Of a stretch of 64,000 bases of DNA, positions 50,081-58,481 are shown piece after piece (position 1 is the first letter of the stretch; every line of letters begins with the position of its first letter). The DNA is taken from the NCBI GenBank assembly GCA_016930375.1, contig JAFGGU010000044.1:2529-66528 (forward strand), in the 5' to 3' direction. The position numbers and the translations under genes were made by a program. The notes below the pieces were generated by a model, which did no database searches, was not told the DNA's origin, and saw nothing but the letters and a program-made list of their open reading frames with translations. The stretch is from Bacteroidales bacterium (lineage in GTDB: Bacteria; Bacteroidota; Bacteroidia; Bacteroidales; UBA10428).

Positions 50081-51544
50081 ATGCTTAAGCAGCGATTACA
50101 GCAGAAGTTATTGCAGAAATTGTCTCCCCAGCAGATTCAAATGATTAAGCTGTTGGAGATACCCACTATGCAGCTTGAGCAACGGATAAAGGCAGAAATT
50201 GAGGAGAATCCGGCACTGGAAGAAGGAGCCATTGAAGAGAGTTCGCTTGAACTTGAAAAGCAGGAAGATGATGTGAGCACCGATCCCATGGATAAGGACA
50301 AGGAGGAGTTTACACTCGAGGATTATGTGGATGAAGATGAATACCCGTCTTACAGACTCAATGCCCAGAATTATTCAAAGGATGACAAAAGAGAGGACAT
50401 ACCATTCTCAGTTGGATTGTCATTCCAGGATTATCTTGAAAGCCAGCTCGGTTTAAGATCGCTCGATGAGAAACAGCATTTGCTGGCCCTTTATATTCTC
50501 GGAAATATTGATGATGATGGTTACCTCCGTCGTAAGCTGGATAATATTGTTGATGATATTGCCTTTACGATGAATATTAAAGCCGACGAGTCTGAACTGG
50601 TTGACATTCTTAGGATTATTCAGGATTTTGATCCACCTGGGGTTGGTGCGCGCAGTTTACAGGAATGCCTGCTATTGCAGATCCAATCCAAAGACCTGGA
50701 AAATCCCGCAGTTGCTTTGGCACACCGGATACTGAAGGATTTCTTCGAGGAATTCACCAGAAAGCATTATGATAAAATAAATACCCGGCTTAACATCGGG
50801 GATGATCAGCTGAAAGATGCCCTGGATGAGATCCTGAAACTGAATCCCAAGCCCGGTAGCTCATACAGTGATCCGCAGAATAAGGTCGTTGGGCATATCA
50901 CGCCCGATTTCGTGCTGGAAAACAATGAAGGTGACCTTGAACTCAGTCTGAATTCCAGGAATTTGCCCGACCTGAAGGTTAGTAAAACATATTCGGAAAT
51001 GCTTCAGGCATATCAGTATAATCGTGGACACAACTCGAAAAGCCAAAAGGAAGCGTTGAGTTTTGTTAAACAAAAGCTGGATTCAGCGAGGTGGTTTATC
51101 GATGCTATCCGACAGCGTCAGAACACATTACTGGTTACCATGAATGCAATTATCAATTACCAGCGCGAATACTTTCTTACAGGAGATGAAACCAAACTCC
51201 GGCCCATGATTCTCAAAGATATTGCTGATATTACCGGGCTTGATGTTTCAACGATTTCCAGGGTTGCCAACAGCAAATACATACAGACCAATTTCGGCAT
51301 CTTCTCCTTGAAGTTCTTTTTCTCCGAAGGAATGCAAACCGAATCGGGAGAAGAGGTATCCACACGTGAAATAAAAAAGATCCTGCAAAACTGCCTCGAT
51401 GCTGAAGACAAACGTCATCCGCTTACTGATGACCGGCTGGCTGAAATTCTTAAGGAAAAGGGTTATCATATTGCCCGGCGGACCATTGCCAAATACCGTG
51501 AACAATTAAACATTCCTGTTGCACGCATGCGTAAAGAGTTATAA
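50081..51544 (+). CDS. rpoN: RNA polymerase sigma-54 factor
   Basis: The N-terminal Q/L-rich region is LKQRLQQKLLQKLSPQQIQ. It also has a DPPGVGAR..ECL motif and a C-terminal RpoN box, ARRTIAKYRE. Confidence 0.95.
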   Translation: MLKQRLQQKLLQKLSPQQIQMIKLLEIPTMQLEQRIKAEIEENPALEEGAIEESSLELEKQEDDVSTDPMDKDKEEFTLEDYVDEDEYPSYRLNAQNYSKDDKREDIPFSVGLSFQDYLESQLGLRSLDEKQHLLALYILGNIDDDGYLRRKLDNIVDDIAFTMNIKADESELVDILRIIQDFDPPGVGARSLQECLLLQIQSKDLENPAVALAHRILKDFFEEFTRKHYDKINTRLNIGDDQLKDALDEILKLNPKPGSSYSDPQNKVVGHITPDFVLENNEGDLELSLNSRNLPDLKVSKTYSEMLQAYQYNRGHNSKSQKEALSFVKQKLDSARWFIDAIRQRQNTLLVTMNAIINYQREYFLTGDETKLRPMILKDIADITGLDVSTISRVANSKYIQTNFGIFSLKFFFSEGMQTESGEEVSTREIKKILQNCLDAEDKRHPLTDDRLAEILKEKGYHIARRTIAKYREQLNIPVARMRKEL

Positions 51545-51545
51545 A

Positions 51546-52151
51546 ATGGAGAAACAAATAGCCAATGCGCTGTCCTATATTACTCACCCCTTGCTTGTGC
51601 CCTTGCTTGGACTGCTGGTAATCAGCAATTCAGGAACCTATGCCGCTGATATGGACATCCATTACCGCCAGTTTATATATATATCAGTTTTTATCATGAC
51701 CTTTTTGCTGCCGGCCGGACTCATACCCTTGTTTTTGTACTCGGGATTGGCTAAAAGCATTAATTTTTCCGAACGCAAAGAAAGGCTGGTACCTCTTTAT
51801 GTCACCCTGGTATTTTATGTGGCTGCTTATTTTTTTATCCGTAAACTCCCGATAAGCCAAATTTACCAACGATTTATGTTCTCGGCTTCCCTTTCAGTGC
51901 TTTTGGTTCTTGCAGTTTCCTATTTCTGGAAAATCAGTGCGCATACTGTTGCATGGGGCGGATTGGTTGGTTTGATCTGGAGTATTACGCTGCGGTTTGA
52001 AACCGATCTGATGCTTTTTCTGGTAATAAGCCTTATTTGCTCTGGTTTCGTAGGCTTTGCGCGGTTGCGACTTGGTGAACACAATCCGCTTCAGGTATTT
52101 GCGGGATTTTTACTTGGTTTTCTGGTTATGCTGGCAGTGTTTTTTATTTGA
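51546..52151 (+). CDS. Polytopic membrane protein, PAP2-like (degenerate phosphatase motifs)
   Basis: Six hydrophobic segments. ISAHT resembles C2 (SxH). RLRLGEHNPLQ resembles C3 (Rx5Hx3), with Q in place of D. The ATG lies 1 nt after the rpoN stop. Confidence 0.45.
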   Translation: MEKQIANALSYITHPLLVPLLGLLVISNSGTYAADMDIHYRQFIYISVFIMTFLLPAGLIPLFLYSGLAKSINFSERKERLVPLYVTLVFYVAAYFFIRKLPISQIYQRFMFSASLSVLLVLAVSYFWKISAHTVAWGGLVGLIWSITLRFETDLMLFLVISLICSGFVGFARLRLGEHNPLQVFAGFLLGFLVMLAVFFI

Positions 52152-53175
52152 CAGCCGATTGCTCCCCGATATACTTCAACAGCCTGTTTTCATCCAGATC
52201 ATCCTGGTGAACCCGGGAAAAGTACCCTTGCCTGGATAGATGTTCTGCCAGATATTCCTGTTCGGGTTGTCCCGGGGTTGGCACCAGCAATGCTGTTTTT
52301 CCCAGTGTTACCAGATCCATAATTCCTGAATATCCCGATCTGCAAATGATTGCCCGGGCCTGCAAAAGGACCTGTTTGAAATGGGATGCGTTAAGATGCG
52401 GAACCACAGTGACCATCCCGTCCTCAGGCAGCACGGAAGAAGAGCATCCCTCGTGAAATCCTGCTATGATCATTGTTTTTTTGCGCAATCTCAGGGCCAG
52501 GGCCAGAGACATTTTGAAGAATAACCCGAGCTGGGGCTCTGGTCCGCTTAGTACAAATACCAGTTCATATTTCTCCTGCGATTCAGGCAAACTCACTGCC
52601 GGCGTTGTTTCAAACCTCGAAAGTATCCCAATAAAGGACGCATTCCGTGGCAATCTGAAACGGTGAGACAGCTTGCCACTCAGGCTCATTTTCTGATCGG
52701 GAATATCAGGGATCCAGCATTCATTAAACTGATGGATGAACATACGAATCACCCGGTAAACAGGGTATTCAACCCAATGCAACATGGGCGGCAGTAAGGG
52801 CGAAATCTGGTGTGTTACAAAAATGCAATGAGCCTGTTTACAGAATAATCCATAGCGGTTATCTGAAACTACCACATCCACATGATGAACTTCAACAATA
52901 TTCCTGATCACGCGGTGTTCCCGGAAAACTGAAAGTACCATTCCGGGCAATTGGAAAAAAAGCAAAGGGGCAAGCCATTTACCACTTCCGTAGTAGCGAA
53001 CAACAAATGAAGGTATGGAAATAAAGGGCAGACCAGGGAAGGATGCTTTAAGCAAATCACCCGATTTCCCCGATCCTCCCAGGATTACCTGATAATCGCT
53101 TTTGAGATAGCGATGAATTATCGCGATCATCCGAGATGAATGCCCCAACCCCCAATCGAGTGGACAAACGATCAC
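52144..53175 (-). CDS. GT-B glycosyltransferase of the MurG/UDP-glycosyltransferase-like (TIGR00661-like) family
   Basis: The N-terminal IVCPLDWGLGHSSR matches the G-x-GH-x-x-R start typical of this family. The C-terminal half has ICRSGYSGIMDL...LLVPTPGQPEQ. The in-frame GTG at 53175, just after an A9 tract, is preferred over the TTG at 53259, which would overlap the upstream gene by 50 nt. Confidence 0.7.
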   Translation of the reverse strand: MIVCPLDWGLGHSSRMIAIIHRYLKSDYQVILGGSGKSGDLLKASFPGLPFISIPSFVVRYYGSGKWLAPLLFFQLPGMVLSVFREHRVIRNIVEVHHVDVVVSDNRYGLFCKQAHCIFVTHQISPLLPPMLHWVEYPVYRVIRMFIHQFNECWIPDIPDQKMSLSGKLSHRFRLPRNASFIGILSRFETTPAVSLPESQEKYELVFVLSGPEPQLGLFFKMSLALALRLRKKTMIIAGFHEGCSSSVLPEDGMVTVVPHLNASHFKQVLLQARAIICRSGYSGIMDLVTLGKTALLVPTPGQPEQEYLAEHLSRQGYFSRVHQDDLDENRLLKYIGEQSAVK

Positions 53176-53209
53176 TTTTTTTTTGGGTTGCAAGTTTTCC
53201 GAATTATCA

Positions 53210-53986
53210 TTACGGAGTGACCTGGGTCTTAATTCCTGCCAGTGAAACACGATTGGCAATAATCTCCAGTTCCTCCTGACTTATGCTTTCAAGCCCCTGT
53301 ATTGCAGTATCCCTTGCGATAGAATAAATCATGACCATTTCAGGATGAATTTGCTCCAATGCCGTAAGCCATGCCTTAACCTCTCTTTCGGTGGTGTTAT
53401 CAACATGTATTCCATTGTACCTGCCCCTGAGAAATAAGGTCTGGATGATTACTTTGCCATGAAACTGCTTTAAAAGTTGAATTATTTCAGAAGGGCTGTA
53501 ATTGCCTCTCGGGCAATTGATAGTATTAAGAGTTTCTTCAATGGCTGAATCCAGTTTGAGTATGTTCAGGTCCGCTTTTAATAGGGCATTGAAAATTTCT
53601 GGTCTATCAATACGAGTGGAATTGGAAAGAACAGCAATGTTGGCTTTGGGGTAATAGAAATTCCGTGCGTCTATGGCATCATCCATAATCCGGGGAAATT
53701 CAGGATGCAGGGTGGGTTCTCCGTTACCGGCAAATGTTATGCTATCCAGGTATTCATTATTCTGTTTCATCTTGCGGAGTTTTTGCCCCAACATGTTTTT
53801 AACCTCCCCTGCAGCGGGAAATTCAGAAGACGTACTTCCCGAAGGAGTCAGGCCGCATTCACAATAGACGCAATTAAAGGTGCATATTTTGTTATTTGCC
53901 GGAAGCAGGTTAATCCCAAGCGATTCACCAAGCCGCCGGCTCCATACCGGCCCGAAGATGATACTATCAAACAGAAAGGTTGACAT
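53210..53986 (-). CDS. Radical SAM enzyme (small, no SPASM/auxiliary cluster region evident), unknown substrate
   Basis: Contains FGPVWSRRLGESLGINLLP, the CX3CX2C cluster motif CTFNCVYC, and GNGEPTL (GGE-like SAM motif). The ATG at 53986 is preferred to the TTG at 54001. Confidence 0.85.
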   Translation of the reverse strand: MSTFLFDSIIFGPVWSRRLGESLGINLLPANNKICTFNCVYCECGLTPSGSTSSEFPAAGEVKNMLGQKLRKMKQNNEYLDSITFAGNGEPTLHPEFPRIMDDAIDARNFYYPKANIAVLSNSTRIDRPEIFNALLKADLNILKLDSAIEETLNTINCPRGNYSPSEIIQLLKQFHGKVIIQTLFLRGRYNGIHVDNTTEREVKAWLTALEQIHPEMVMIYSIARDTAIQGLESISQEELEIIANRVSLAGIKTQVTP

Positions 53987-53992
53987 GGGGGA

Positions 53993-54055
53993 AAGATGCA
54001 AGATTAAAGACTAAAGATTTAAGATTTAAGATTCAAGATTCAAGATTCAAGATTC
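53993..54055. repeat. Heptanucleotide tandem array, 9 phased units (AAGATGC, AAGATTA, AAGACTA, AAGATTT x2, AAGATTC x4)
   Basis: Read directly from the sequence. It begins 7 nt upstream of the radical SAM ATG. A further degenerate unit, AAGATAA, lies at 54063-54069. Confidence 0.9.
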
Positions 54056-54060
54056 ATGAA

Positions 54061-54068
54061 CAAAGATA
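54061..54068 (-). promoter_or_regulatory. Candidate -7 box (TATCTTTG) for the radical SAM/glycosyltransferase operon
   Basis: The minus strand reads TATCTTTG, 75 nt upstream of the ATG at 53986. This would place the heptamer array in the 5' UTR. Confidence 0.3.
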
Positions 54069-54070
54069 AT

Positions 54071-54102
54071 TGAAGTGATGAAGTAATGAAGTGATGAAGT
54101 AA
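54071..54102. repeat. Perfect 16-bp tandem duplication (TGAAGTGATGAAGTAA x2), itself built from an 8-mer TGAAGTRA x4
   Basis: Read directly from the sequence. It lies in the divergent intergenic region between the radical SAM gene and cvpA. Confidence 0.9.
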
Positions 54103-54144
54103 TTACAAATAGTTATATTTATCATTAATACAATTTTACCGGCC

Positions 54145-54663
54145 ATGAATTATATCGACCTGTTTAGTATTGTTTTGCTGGTTTATGCGGTTTATAAAGG
54201 ATTCTCCAAAGGCTTCATCATGCAGTTGACATTATTGGCTGCTTTGCTGCTGGGTATCTTCGGCGCACTGAAATTTTCAGGATTCACTGCCCGTCTGCTG
54301 GAAAGTCACGTCAGCCTCAATCCGGAGTTTTTGTATATGGCTTCCCTGGGCCTGACCTTTGCACTTGTTTTTATTGCTGTCAATATCATTGGCAAATTGA
54401 TGGAAAAACTGATCAAAGCCATTGAATTATCATTCGTCAACCGATTGCTCGGCGTTTTATTCAGCATTGGCAAAATTGTGCTCATTCTTGGAGTTCTTCT
54501 TACTTATGTGGACCGCATTGATCGGAGAGTTCAGTTTTTACCCAAAGGTTCCCGTGAGAATTCTATTTTCTTTACCCCCTTCACAACTTTTGTGCAGACT
54601 ATCTTCCCTGCACTTGCGCCGCCTGGATCGCGGAATGCCGCGGATAATGGGGAACAGGCATGA
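54145..54663 (+). CDS. cvpA: CvpA-family membrane protein (colicin V production protein family)
   Basis: The N-terminus MNYIDLFSIVLLVYAVYKGFSKGFI and four TM segments are typical of CvpA. Confidence 0.8.
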   Translation: MNYIDLFSIVLLVYAVYKGFSKGFIMQLTLLAALLLGIFGALKFSGFTARLLESHVSLNPEFLYMASLGLTFALVFIAVNIIGKLMEKLIKAIELSFVNRLLGVLFSIGKIVLILGVLLTYVDRIDRRVQFLPKGSRENSIFFTPFTTFVQTIFPALAPPGSRNAADNGEQA

Positions 54664-54698
54664 AGATCGATGTATTCATTTAAATAAAAGCGAAATGC

Positions 54699-54706
54699 TA
54701 TCTTTG
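54699..54706 (+). promoter_or_regulatory. Candidate -7 box (TATCTTTG) for tyrS
   Basis: TATCTTTGCG lies 21 nt upstream of the ATG at 54727. The metK box has the same 10-mer. Confidence 0.35.
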
Positions 54707-54726
54707 CGAAAAATTATAATTTACCT

Positions 54727-56004
54727 ATGACGTTTATTAAGGAACTCCTTTGGAGAGGCATGATTCACGACATGATGCCGGGAACGGAAGAGCAGCTGGA
54801 TAAAGAAATGACTTCCGGTTACATTGGGTTCGATCCGACCGCTGATTCATTGCATATCGGGAATTTGTTGCCAATTATGATGTTGGTGCATTTTCAAAGA
54901 GCTGGTCATAAACCCATTGCTCTTGTGGGAGGAGCAACAGGTATGATAGGTGATCCGTCTTTCAAAGCCGAAGAAAGGAGATTTCTGGATGAAGAAACCC
55001 TGAAATACAATTTATCCTGTCAAAAGAAACAACTTGAAAAGTTCCTTGATTTCAATTGTGGTGCCCACTCAGCGGAAATAGTGAATAATTTCGAATGGTT
55101 CAGGGAATTTTCATTTTTGGGTTTTCTGCGGGATGTAGGGAAACACATCACCGTGAATTACATGATGTCGAAAGATTCCGTAAAAAAGCGTCTCGAAACC
55201 GGCATATCTTTTACCGAATTCAGTTACCAGCTTATACAGGGGTATGATTATTATTACCTGTACAGGCATAAGAACTGTAAGTTGCAGATGGGGGGATCAG
55301 ATCAATGGGGCAATATTGTAACCGGCACGGAACTGATTCGCAGAAAGGACGAGGGAGAAGCGTTTGCGCTTACCTGTCCCCTGGTCACCAAAGCTGATGG
55401 AGGCAAATTCGGCAAATCGGAAAAGGGCAATATATGGCTCGACCCCATGAAAACTTCGCCCTATGCTTTCTACCAGTTTTGGTTAAATGTTTCGGATGAG
55501 GATGCCGGGAAATACATCAAATTGTTTACCCTTTTATCCAGGGAGGAAATTGATGAAATAACCCGGGAACATATGGAAGCCCCGCACATAAGGCTGCTTC
55601 AAAAAAAACTTGCCAGCGAGATCACACTCATGGTGCATTCCCGGGAAGGGCTTGAGTCTGCCACGGAGGCATCTGAGATTCTCTTTGGAAAAGGGACCCG
55701 GGAGACGCTGAAAAAGCTTGATGAAAATACATTTCTGAGTGTATTTGACGGAGTCCCTATGTTCCCGGTTGATTTGGAATCGCTGAAATCCGGAATCAAC
55801 ATTGTTGATTTGTTGGGCGAAAAAACGCAGGTTTTTTCATCCAAAGGGGAGGTCCGTAGAATGATCCAGGGGGGCGGAGTGAGCATTAACAAGGTCAGGG
55901 TTGAAGATGAAACACTCAGCATCAATGCCGGAGACTTGCTGAATGACAGATATATTCTGGTTCAAAAAGGGAAAAAGAATTATTACCTTATAACTGGTAA
56001 ATAA
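54727..56004 (+). CDS. tyrS: Tyrosine--tRNA ligase
   Basis: Contains [14 protein letters not shown] (HIGH), KFGKS (KMSKS) and a C-terminal S4-like domain. Confidence 0.95.
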   Translation: MTFIKELLWRGMIHDMMPGTEEQLDKEMTSGYIGFDPTADSLHIGNLLPIMMLVHFQRAGHKPIALVGGATGMIGDPSFKAEERRFLDEETLKYNLSCQKKQLEKFLDFNCGAHSAEIVNNFEWFREFSFLGFLRDVGKHITVNYMMSKDSVKKRLETGISFTEFSYQLIQGYDYYYLYRHKNCKLQMGGSDQWGNIVTGTELIRRKDEGEAFALTCPLVTKADGGKFGKSEKGNIWLDPMKTSPYAFYQFWLNVSDEDAGKYIKLFTLLSREEIDEITREHMEAPHIRLLQKKLASEITLMVHSREGLESATEASEILFGKGTRETLKKLDENTFLSVFDGVPMFPVDLESLKSGINIVDLLGEKTQVFSSKGEVRRMIQGGGVSINKVRVEDETLSINAGDLLNDRYILVQKGKKNYYLITGK

Positions 56005-56010
56005 GAAATC

Positions 56011-57033
56011 ATGATGGAAAACAAGACTGTTCACCCTGCGATTGTCAACAATGCTTTTGATTTAATCAGGTTTACCTGGAGCAAAAGATGGATTCTCATT
56101 GCGCTGTCGGCGTTTGCTTTTATAGTATCGGTGATTATATCCTCAACCATAACACCCAGGTTCAAATCAAGCGTGGTGCTTTTCCCTGCTGCTTCTGTAT
56201 CTCTTTCCAAGAGCCTGGTCGAAACTTCATCCATTCAGACTGACAATCGTGATATCATGTCTTTTGGGGAAGATGATGAGGCCGAAAGAATGCTGCAAAT
56301 CCTGCATTCTAACCAGATCAAGGATCACATTGTCAACAAGTTTGATCTGATGGCCCATTACAAGATTGATCCTTCTTCTTCTTTCCCTTATACACGGTTG
56401 GATAAAAAGTACAAGGGTAACATCAGTTTAAAGCGAACAGAATTCATGTCCATTGAAATTGAGGTGCTGGATACCGATCCCCAGATGGCTGCTGATATTG
56501 CCAATGAAATAGCTTCCTTTGTTGATTCAACCATTCATAACATACAACGCGAAAGAGCGGTTGAAGCTTTCAATATTGTTGAACAGGAATATACCCGTTC
56601 ACTGCATGAAGTTGAGCTGTTCAGCGATTCACTTCGGAAGATCCGGGAACTGGGAGTAATTGATTATGAATCGCAGGCAGCATCTCTCAATACAGCATAT
56701 GCAACTGCACTGGCACAAGGCAACCGGACTGCTGCCAATGCCATTTTAGAACGGATGAATACCCTGTCGAAATACGGCGGTATTTACGTTGAATTGTCCC
56801 AAAAGCTTGAATCTGAAATACAGAGACTGGGCCAGTTGAAAATTAAATATGCTTCCAGCAAAATCAATGTGGATCAAACCCTGCCCCAGATTTTTATTGT
56901 GGACAGGGCTGTTAAGGCTGAACGAAAAGCTGTTCCCCGGCGATCCATCATCGCATTTGTGACAACCCTGTCGACCTTTGCGTTTGCCCTGCTGGTGTTA
57001 CTGATCATTGATCAAATTAAACCGGAGAAATAA
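56011..57033 (+). CDS. Wzz-like polysaccharide chain-length determinant family protein
   Basis: An N-terminal TM is followed by TPRFKSSVVLFPA. It has a long coiled-coil periplasmic region and a C-terminal TM after P.RSI. Topology and motifs fit PCP proteins. Confidence 0.65.
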   Translation: MMENKTVHPAIVNNAFDLIRFTWSKRWILIALSAFAFIVSVIISSTITPRFKSSVVLFPAASVSLSKSLVETSSIQTDNRDIMSFGEDDEAERMLQILHSNQIKDHIVNKFDLMAHYKIDPSSSFPYTRLDKKYKGNISLKRTEFMSIEIEVLDTDPQMAADIANEIASFVDSTIHNIQRERAVEAFNIVEQEYTRSLHEVELFSDSLRKIRELGVIDYESQAASLNTAYATALAQGNRTAANAILERMNTLSKYGGIYVELSQKLESEIQRLGQLKIKYASSKINVDQTLPQIFIVDRAVKAERKAVPRRSIIAFVTTLSTFAFALLVLLIIDQIKPEK

Positions 57034-57035
57034 AA

Positions 57036-58481
57036 ATGCCCCTGTTGCTTTATCTGAAGAAGCACAGCTTTGTAATTGCCATCGTATTACTTTACGTTTT
57101 GGCCGATATGGCGCTTACCCATAAGGAGATCTATCTTCTTAACCTGTTGCCTCTCGTCCTTTTGCTGGTTTATCTCGCCATAGCACGTATCGACCTGATT
57201 TATTTTCTGATTGTTTTGTTTACTCCGATTTCCGTTCAGTTTATTGAATACTTTCCATCTTCACCTGTTGATTTTGCCATACCCACCGAGCCCCTGCTGT
57301 TTGGTGTTTTGATATTGCTGGTTTACCGTACGGTTCAAAACGGATTGGAGGATCGCCGGATTTTCAATCATCCCGTAACCTATGTTATTTTATTCTACCT
57401 CTTTTGGCTATTTATAACCAGCATTACCAGCACAATGCCTTTTGTTTCATTTAAACTCCTGCTGGCCCGGATCTGGTTTATCGCCATTTTTTACTGGCTG
57501 GCTGTCCTGGTTTTCAAAAAGCACAACAATATCCGGGTTTTCATCTGGTGTTACACCATACCCATGCTGTTGGTGATTGGCTATACCGTGATCAGGCACC
57601 TGGGGTATGGACTATTCGATAAGGATGCGGCGCACTTTGTCATGGAACCTTTCTTTCGTGATCATACATCATACGGCGCTATTCTGGCAATCCTGTTTTT
57701 TGCACTGGGAGGGCTGATTCTCAATCGCAAATCGAGTTTGCTGAATAATATAATGCTTTGGATGACCTGGGCAATGGTTTCCATCGCCCTGGTTCTGTCA
57801 TACACACGCGCTTCCTGGATTAGTGTTCTGTTTGCAGCCGGAATACTTGTGCTCACGCTGCTGAAGATCAGGTTCAGATATATCCTGGCTATTGGGGTAA
57901 TTGCTATTGTTTATTTTACCAATCAGCGCATAACCATTATCCAGAAAATGGAAAGGAACCGGCAGACCTCCTCGGTAACACTTAGTGAGCATGTGCAGTC
58001 GATTTCCAACATTACCACCGATGAATCAAACCTGGAACGGATCAACCGTTGGAATTGCGCCTTGCGGATGTTTGGTGAACGGCCTTTCTTCGGCTGGGGC
58101 CCGGGTACCTATATGTTCAAATATGCCCCGTACCAAATTTCTTCCGAGAAGACAGGCATCAGCACTGACTTTGGTGACCGGGGGAATGCCCACTCAGAAT
58201 ACATTGGACCTTTGGCAGAAAGCGGATTTTTAGGATCCCTGTCGTTTGTGCTGGTTGCCTTCATGAGCCTGATGACAGGATTCAGGGTTTACAGCAGGAT
58301 CAGGGACAAACACCTGAAGCAAATGACATTGGGCTTATTGCTCGGGTTCATTACCTACCTGGTGCACGGAGCTTTAAATAACTTCCTGGATACGGATAAG
58401 GCTTCGGCTCTTTTTTGGGGAATAACAGCCGTATTTGTTTCGCTGGATATTTATTTAGTAGAACTCAATCCCCAGGATTGA
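57036..58481 (+). CDS. O-antigen ligase/polymerase-family (Wzy_C domain) membrane protein
   Basis: At least 10 TM segments. It has a YTRASWISVLFAAG segment and a periplasmic loop with NRWNCALRMF..RPFFGWGPG and HSEY. Confidence 0.7.
   Translation: MPLLLYLKKHSFVIAIVLLYVLADMALTHKEIYLLNLLPLVLLLVYLAIARIDLIYFLIVLFTPISVQFIEYFPSSPVDFAIPTEPLLFGVLILLVYRTVQNGLEDRRIFNHPVTYVILFYLFWLFITSITSTMPFVSFKLLLARIWFIAIFYWLAVLVFKKHNNIRVFIWCYTIPMLLVIGYTVIRHLGYGLFDKDAAHFVMEPFFRDHTSYGAILAILFFALGGLILNRKSSLLNNIMLWMTWAMVSIALVLSYTRASWISVLFAAGILVLTLLKIRFRYILAIGVIAIVYFTNQRITIIQKMERNRQTSSVTLSEHVQSISNITTDESNLERINRWNCALRMFGERPFFGWGPGTYMFKYAPYQISSEKTGISTDFGDRGNAHSEYIGPLAESGFLGSLSFVLVAFMSLMTGFRVYSRIRDKHLKQMTLGLLLGFITYLVHGALNNFLDTDKASALFWGITAVFVSLDIYLVELNPQD

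Noticed and set aside
53176-53259. TTG-initiated extension of the glycosyltransferase ORF that overlaps the radical SAM gene by 50 nt
   Set aside because: Family members normally begin right at the G-x-GH-x-x-R motif. An in-frame GTG at 53175 precedes IVCPLDWGLGHSSR.
53993-54102. Tandem repeats considered as a degenerate CRISPR array or as a mobile-element terminus
   Set aside because: The units are 7 and 16 bp with no spacers. No cas, transposase or integrase genes and no flanking inverted repeats occur in the window.
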